From Hadesarchaea archaeon (GTDB taxonomy: Archaea; Hadarchaeota; Hadarchaeia; Hadarchaeales; Hadarchaeaceae), in contig JAPDJH010000021.1 of assembly GCA_029259175.1 (NCBI GenBank), positions 1 through 30,851 of the forward strand: 30,851 nucleotides of DNA. Reading direction: 5' to 3'. Numbering within the stretch: the stretch's first letter is position 1; the number at the start of each line of letters is the position of its first letter. Shown here piece by piece: positions 27,259 through 30,851 of this stretch. The position numbers and the translations under genes were made by a program. A model generated the notes under the pieces. It saw nothing but the letters and a program-made list of their open reading frames with translations. It was not told where the DNA came from and did no database searches.

Positions 27259-30200
27259 TCAGCCCAGCGGGCGCACCACCAGCTCCTTCACGCGCTCGTA
27301 GTAGATGATGTCGTTTTCCGCACCCATCCCCTCGATCACTAACTTAACAATGCCGTCATCCACCTCGCTGTTGTCCGCCCAGCACACGGTGGTTCCGAAC
27401 TGGGCATTTATCTGCTTGCTCAGTCGTGTGAAGTATCCATACCATGCGTCGGTGTACTCCGTGAGCACTTTCACCGTCACCGAGCTCACGTTGGGCGTGC
27501 TCGGATCTGTCGGTCGGACGGTGTAGAGGGGTGCTCTGGGCATGTAGACGGAGAGCCCGCCCGAGGTTACCACTATTCGTCCAGACATGCCACTGGGCTG
27601 CGACACGAACAGGTAGTTCACGGTGACTTTCAAATCGCTTCCGCCAGCGCTCTCGATCTGGATCATATTTTCCGGTGACGAGATCATGACGCTCTTGTCC
27701 TGTTGCGCCAGAATCACTGCTCCTCCTTCTATCACCCACTCCTGATCGGGATACTCTGAATAGTGCGGATCTATTACGATAGAGCCTAGGCCGCCGTAAT
27801 AAGCGATTCGGACCTCGTGAACGGCAGGTGCGGCGCTCTTATCGGCGTTAGCTGCCAAGTTGACTCGATACTGGATGTACCGGGTGTTGGGCAACGAGCT
27901 GAGATCGGCTTTGCCTCCGGTGTACGGGCCGTACCACTCGCTCATCCCATCTGGACGGTTGCCCACGCGCACGTAAAGGGCCACGGAAGTACCGGGAGGC
28001 CTCGTCTCGTCCCACTCCAAGAAGCGCCAGTCCACTCGCTGTCCGGCGTCGAAGACGTCTGACAGGAAACTACCGGAGGATACGAAGCGTGTCACGAAGC
28101 GGAACGGGATCTCGCGGTGGGCCTTGATCTCCCATCCAGTTTCACTGCTCGAGCTTACGTAGTTAGACGAGGACCCTCCGTAACCGGTTTCGGTCCATCC
28201 GGTGGTATCCTCCCAAGCCGTCTTCATCGTGTTGACCGCCACGTAGTTTTTGAAATCCGATCCGGGAGACATTACATAAGCGATGTATTGCTCATTTTCC
28301 CAGATGTCAACTGGATTCGGGAAGGTGAAGCGGAGCCACTCCCATCCGAAATCGGATACGTCAATGGGTCTTTCCACATAGAAGCGTTGGAGCACCGTCC
28401 CACCGTTTTTCAGACCCACCCAGAACTCCGCTGGATCGCCAACGCGCTGGCAGAAGAACTCAATTGCTCCGGCCTTGAAATCACTGCCACTGAAGCTTCC
28501 ATACGCCTTGTCTACCCGGAAGCTCTCACCCGCATTGTTGTGCTGGAAGATCTCGTCGGCCGACTTGTAGTAGGGATTTCCATCGTAATTGTCGATAGTG
28601 AGCCAGTTGTCATCTGTGCTCACGTCCAACACGTACTGGGGCTCACGGTTGTAGAGCGGGCTGGCGGGATCCTCAGAAGTCCACCACGTCTTGCCACCGT
28701 CGGGCGAGTAAAGGACTCCACGGTTCTGGTTGATGGGTTGGTTGTTGATCCAGTTATCGTGTTTTGGCTTGATCGCGAGTGGTATGAAGTAGTTCTCCTC
28801 GGAAATAAAGTTACCGGAGACGCTGGGGTTCGCGTCCACCACCAAGTGATAGGTCTGACTCGGATAGACGGTAACGATGGTGTCGAACTCCATTCCAATG
28901 AAGGTATCCTCCTGAGGCACGCTTTGTACGTTATACTTCTTCTGTCCTACGCGCGGATAAGGCATATACCACTCGCTTGGCCAGTCCTTATCGGCGTATC
29001 CGACCGCCGTGGCCAGCACGTTGCTCAGATCCGGTTTACCAGTGCCGTCATCGGGGCAGAGGCGAATCCGGATCCAATTGTCATCGTCCCAGCGCCCCGG
29101 AGAGTCTCCAGGCGATATGGTTTCTCCCTCCTCTGTCAACTGGACAAGCAAACGAACGCGAACCACGTTCTCCTGTTGCTTGGGCTGGAATCGGATGGAG
29201 AAGAGCTTGTTCGGCCCATCGATCTTGGCTCGCGGCGAATAACCGGACTCTCCGGCAAACTGGTTGCCCCAGTAGCTCTCGGCTTGCAGGGTGATATCAC
29301 CGGGAGCCACGAGTTCGACGTTAGACCCATAGTCGGACGGCATTCTTCCGGAAGCGAATTCTTCGGTTGTGGTCTGTTTCCACGTTTTGAGCAGCGCATC
29401 TAGGGAGGGAGTAGTTGCGCCTCCAGAAGTCGTGGGCTGGTAAGAGAGCTGGACTTGATGGACCACAGGAGTAGTAGCGTTGTCGGGCGTCTGGAGTTCG
29501 AGCCGGTACTGGATATAGCGGGCGGAGGAGTCGATGGTGGAGCCAGAGATTTCCTGCCATACACTCCACCCCCCGTCGTACGGATTGGGATCGCTGCCGG
29601 TTCTCACGTATTTGTTGACCGTGCCCCCACTCAGGGTTGCCCACAAGGTGATAGTCTTCCAGCTCACGACCTCGCCAGCGTCGAAAACGCTAGACTCGAT
29701 GGCGCCACTCGTGCAGAAGTTCTCGGCTATTAGAAGCTTGAATACAGGATCACGCCGAGTGTTGTCGGTCCAGCCAGCGCCTCCAGTCGCCGAAGAGGTC
29801 CCGTAGGTGTTGGTCCCATCAAAGGTTGCCCTATCGGTACACCCTGGAAGATAGCTGACAGAGCGGCCGGGGGCCATCCAGAGATAGTAGTTGGATGTGT
29901 CTCCACCGGTAGTCCAGAAGTACGCCCGGTACCGGTGGTCGTCTAACAACACGTTTTCAGTTGAGATGGTGACCCAAGACCAAGTGGTGTCCACAGAGGC
30001 CGAAACTTGTCGGTTCTCGATCACGCAAGCGGAGGTCAAGTCATAGAGGGTGAAGTAGAGGCTGGGCGGAGAGCCGACCTTTTTCAGATAGGCGGAGAAG
30101 CCAAGCAAGAGTTTAGTATTGTCAAGGATGGTGCCCGTCAGCGTGAAGACCACACCGGCGTAGCGATTGCCGTAGATCGTGTAGGCGGTGTTTTCGTCAT

Positions 30201-30851
30201 AGGGGTTGCCCTGGTGGGCGTCCACGGAGCCGCTCGAGTTCGTGTCCACGTCCAAGACGTAGATGGGCTGGTAGTTCCGTGCCACCCAAGTGCTCCCATT
30301 GTAGTAGAGCACGTTGAAGTTCCCGGGGGTCTGCCCATCGTACGGCATGTTGTCGTTCAGCGGCGAGCTCACGCGCAGAATGATCCAGCTCATATTCTCA
30401 GCGGCCGGTTTGCTCCAGGCGATGGAGATGTCGTCGAAGCGCGGGGTCCGCGTGTTGTCGGTGGTCGAGAGCTCGACGCGGTAGCGGATGTACCGGCCCA
30501 CCATTCCGACCGACTCGCTTCCATCGCCCGCGGTGAACGGTCCGGCGCTGGCCGACCACCCCGCGGTGGTGGAGTTATCGACTTGTACGTACACCTGGAT
30601 GTCCGTCCCAACCGGTTTGGAATGTGTGAAGCTGATGGTGCCCCACTGGGTATCGGTAGAGCCGGAATCGTACCAGGTAGAGAGCAGGTACCCGCTGGTG
30701 TAGTGGTGAGTGGTGCTATAACGGGTTTCAAAGACAAGATAATTCAGGCGGGCCTTGAAGGAGTAGCTAGAGTTCTCTCCGATAAGGCGGATGCGGATGT
30801 TGTCAGAGGTGTCGTGGATGTAGTTTTCCGGGTCGACGGTGATGGTGTTGT
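27259..30851 (-). CDS. Very large extracellular beta-rich repeat protein with archaeal pilin-like C-terminal domain; 5' end beyond window
   Basis: Frame is open from the window edge (about 1196 codons visible). S/T/G/Y/W-rich. Three RYI[QR]YRxxL modules. C-terminal YPDQEWVIEGGAVILAQ...MISSP and TEYTDAW..YF. Confidence 0.85.
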   Translation of the reverse strand, partial: NTITVDPENYIHDTSDNIRIRLIGENSSYSFKARLNYLVFETRYSTTHHYTSGYLLSTWYDSGSTDTQWGTISFTHSKPVGTDIQVYVQVDNSTTAGWSASAGPFTAGDGSESVGMVGRYIRYRVELSTTDNTRTPRFDDISIAWSKPAAENMSWIILRVSSPLNDNMPYDGQTPGNFNVLYYNGSTWVARNYQPIYVLDVDTNSSGSVDAHQGNPYDENTAYTIYGNRYAGVVFTLTGTILDNTKLLLGFSAYLKKVGSPPSLYFTLYDLTSACVIENRQVSASVDTTWSWVTISTENVLLDDHRYRAYFWTTGGDTSNYYLWMAPGRSVSYLPGCTDRATFDGTNTYGTSSATGGAGWTDNTRRDPVFKLLIAENFCTSGAIESSVFDAGEVVSWKTITLWATLSGGTVNKYVRTGSDPNPYDGGWSVWQEISGSTIDSSARYIQYRLELQTPDNATTPVVHQVQLSYQPTTSGGATTPSLDALLKTWKQTTTEEFASGRMPSDYGSNVELVAPGDITLQAESYWGNQFAGESGYSPRAKIDGPNKLFSIRFQPKQQENVVRVRLLVQLTEEGETISPGDSPGRWDDDNWIRIRLCPDDGTGKPDLSNVLATAVGYADKDWPSEWYMPYPRVGQKKYNVQSVPQEDTFIGMEFDTIVTVYPSQTYHLVVDANPSVSGNFISEENYFIPLAIKPKHDNWINNQPINQNRGVLYSPDGGKTWWTSEDPASPLYNREPQYVLDVSTDDNWLTIDNYDGNPYYKSADEIFQHNNAGESFRVDKAYGSFSGSDFKAGAIEFFCQRVGDPAEFWVGLKNGGTVLQRFYVERPIDVSDFGWEWLRFTFPNPVDIWENEQYIAYVMSPGSDFKNYVAVNTMKTAWEDTTGWTETGYGGSSSNYVSSSSETGWEIKAHREIPFRFVTRFVSSGSFLSDVFDAGQRVDWRFLEWDETRPPGTSVALYVRVGNRPDGMSEWYGPYTGGKADLSSLPNTRYIQYRVNLAANADKSAAPAVHEVRIAYYGGLGSIVIDPHYSEYPDQEWVIEGGAVILAQQDKSVMISSPENMIQIESAGGSDLKVTVNYLFVSQPSGMSGRIVVTSGGLSVYMPRAPLYTVRPTDPSTPNVSSVTVKVLTEYTDAWYGYFTRLSKQINAQFGTTVCWADNSEVDDGIVKLVIEGMGAENDIIYYERVKELVVRPLG

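Noticed and set aside
28117-29403. 428-aa plus-strand ORF (similarly 6002-7024, 20845-21975 and 18683-19657)
   Set aside because: Antisense shadows of well-supported genes in GC-rich coding DNA, with no recognisable motifs.

Overview
This is an archaeal chromosomal window, gene-dense, with TATA-type promoters and Shine-Dalgarno (SD) motifs. Its content (ArfB, archaeal RibC, CofD, GGGP synthase, diaminopimelate (DAP)-type lysine genes) looks euryarchaeal; a Hadarchaeota-like lineage is only my guess. In order it holds: the 3' part of an IS6-family transposase; two small hypothetical genes (one a C4HC3 zinc finger); tRNA-Leu(TAG); an AAA_14/DUF4143 ATPase; an Ldh_2 dehydrogenase; an SFM1-like SPOUT methyltransferase; a VapBC toxin-antitoxin pair; an NADH oxidase-family flavoprotein; pgk; a riboflavin cluster (rbkR/ribK-ribB-ribC-ribH and arfB) interrupted by a degenerate HerA-like ATPase; a TSUP permease; ilvE; cofD; a nucleoside deoxyribosyltransferase; RNase P RNA directly followed by eS26; nnrD-rpl40e-GGGP synthase; a lysine cluster (class III aminotransferase-lysA-lysC-dapA-dapB-asd); a PD40 propeller; a membrane protein; a Zn-PLC-like secreted protein; and a giant repeat-containing surface protein cut by the window edge. 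The best candidate for a new system is the lysine cluster. It has no known gene for the tetrahydrodipicolinate (THDP) to meso-DAP step. Instead it begins with a class III aminotransferase, overlapping lysA, whose conserved Glu switch is replaced by Ser, suggesting an undescribed DAP-pathway variant. All calls come from motif recognition by eye; no database search was run.
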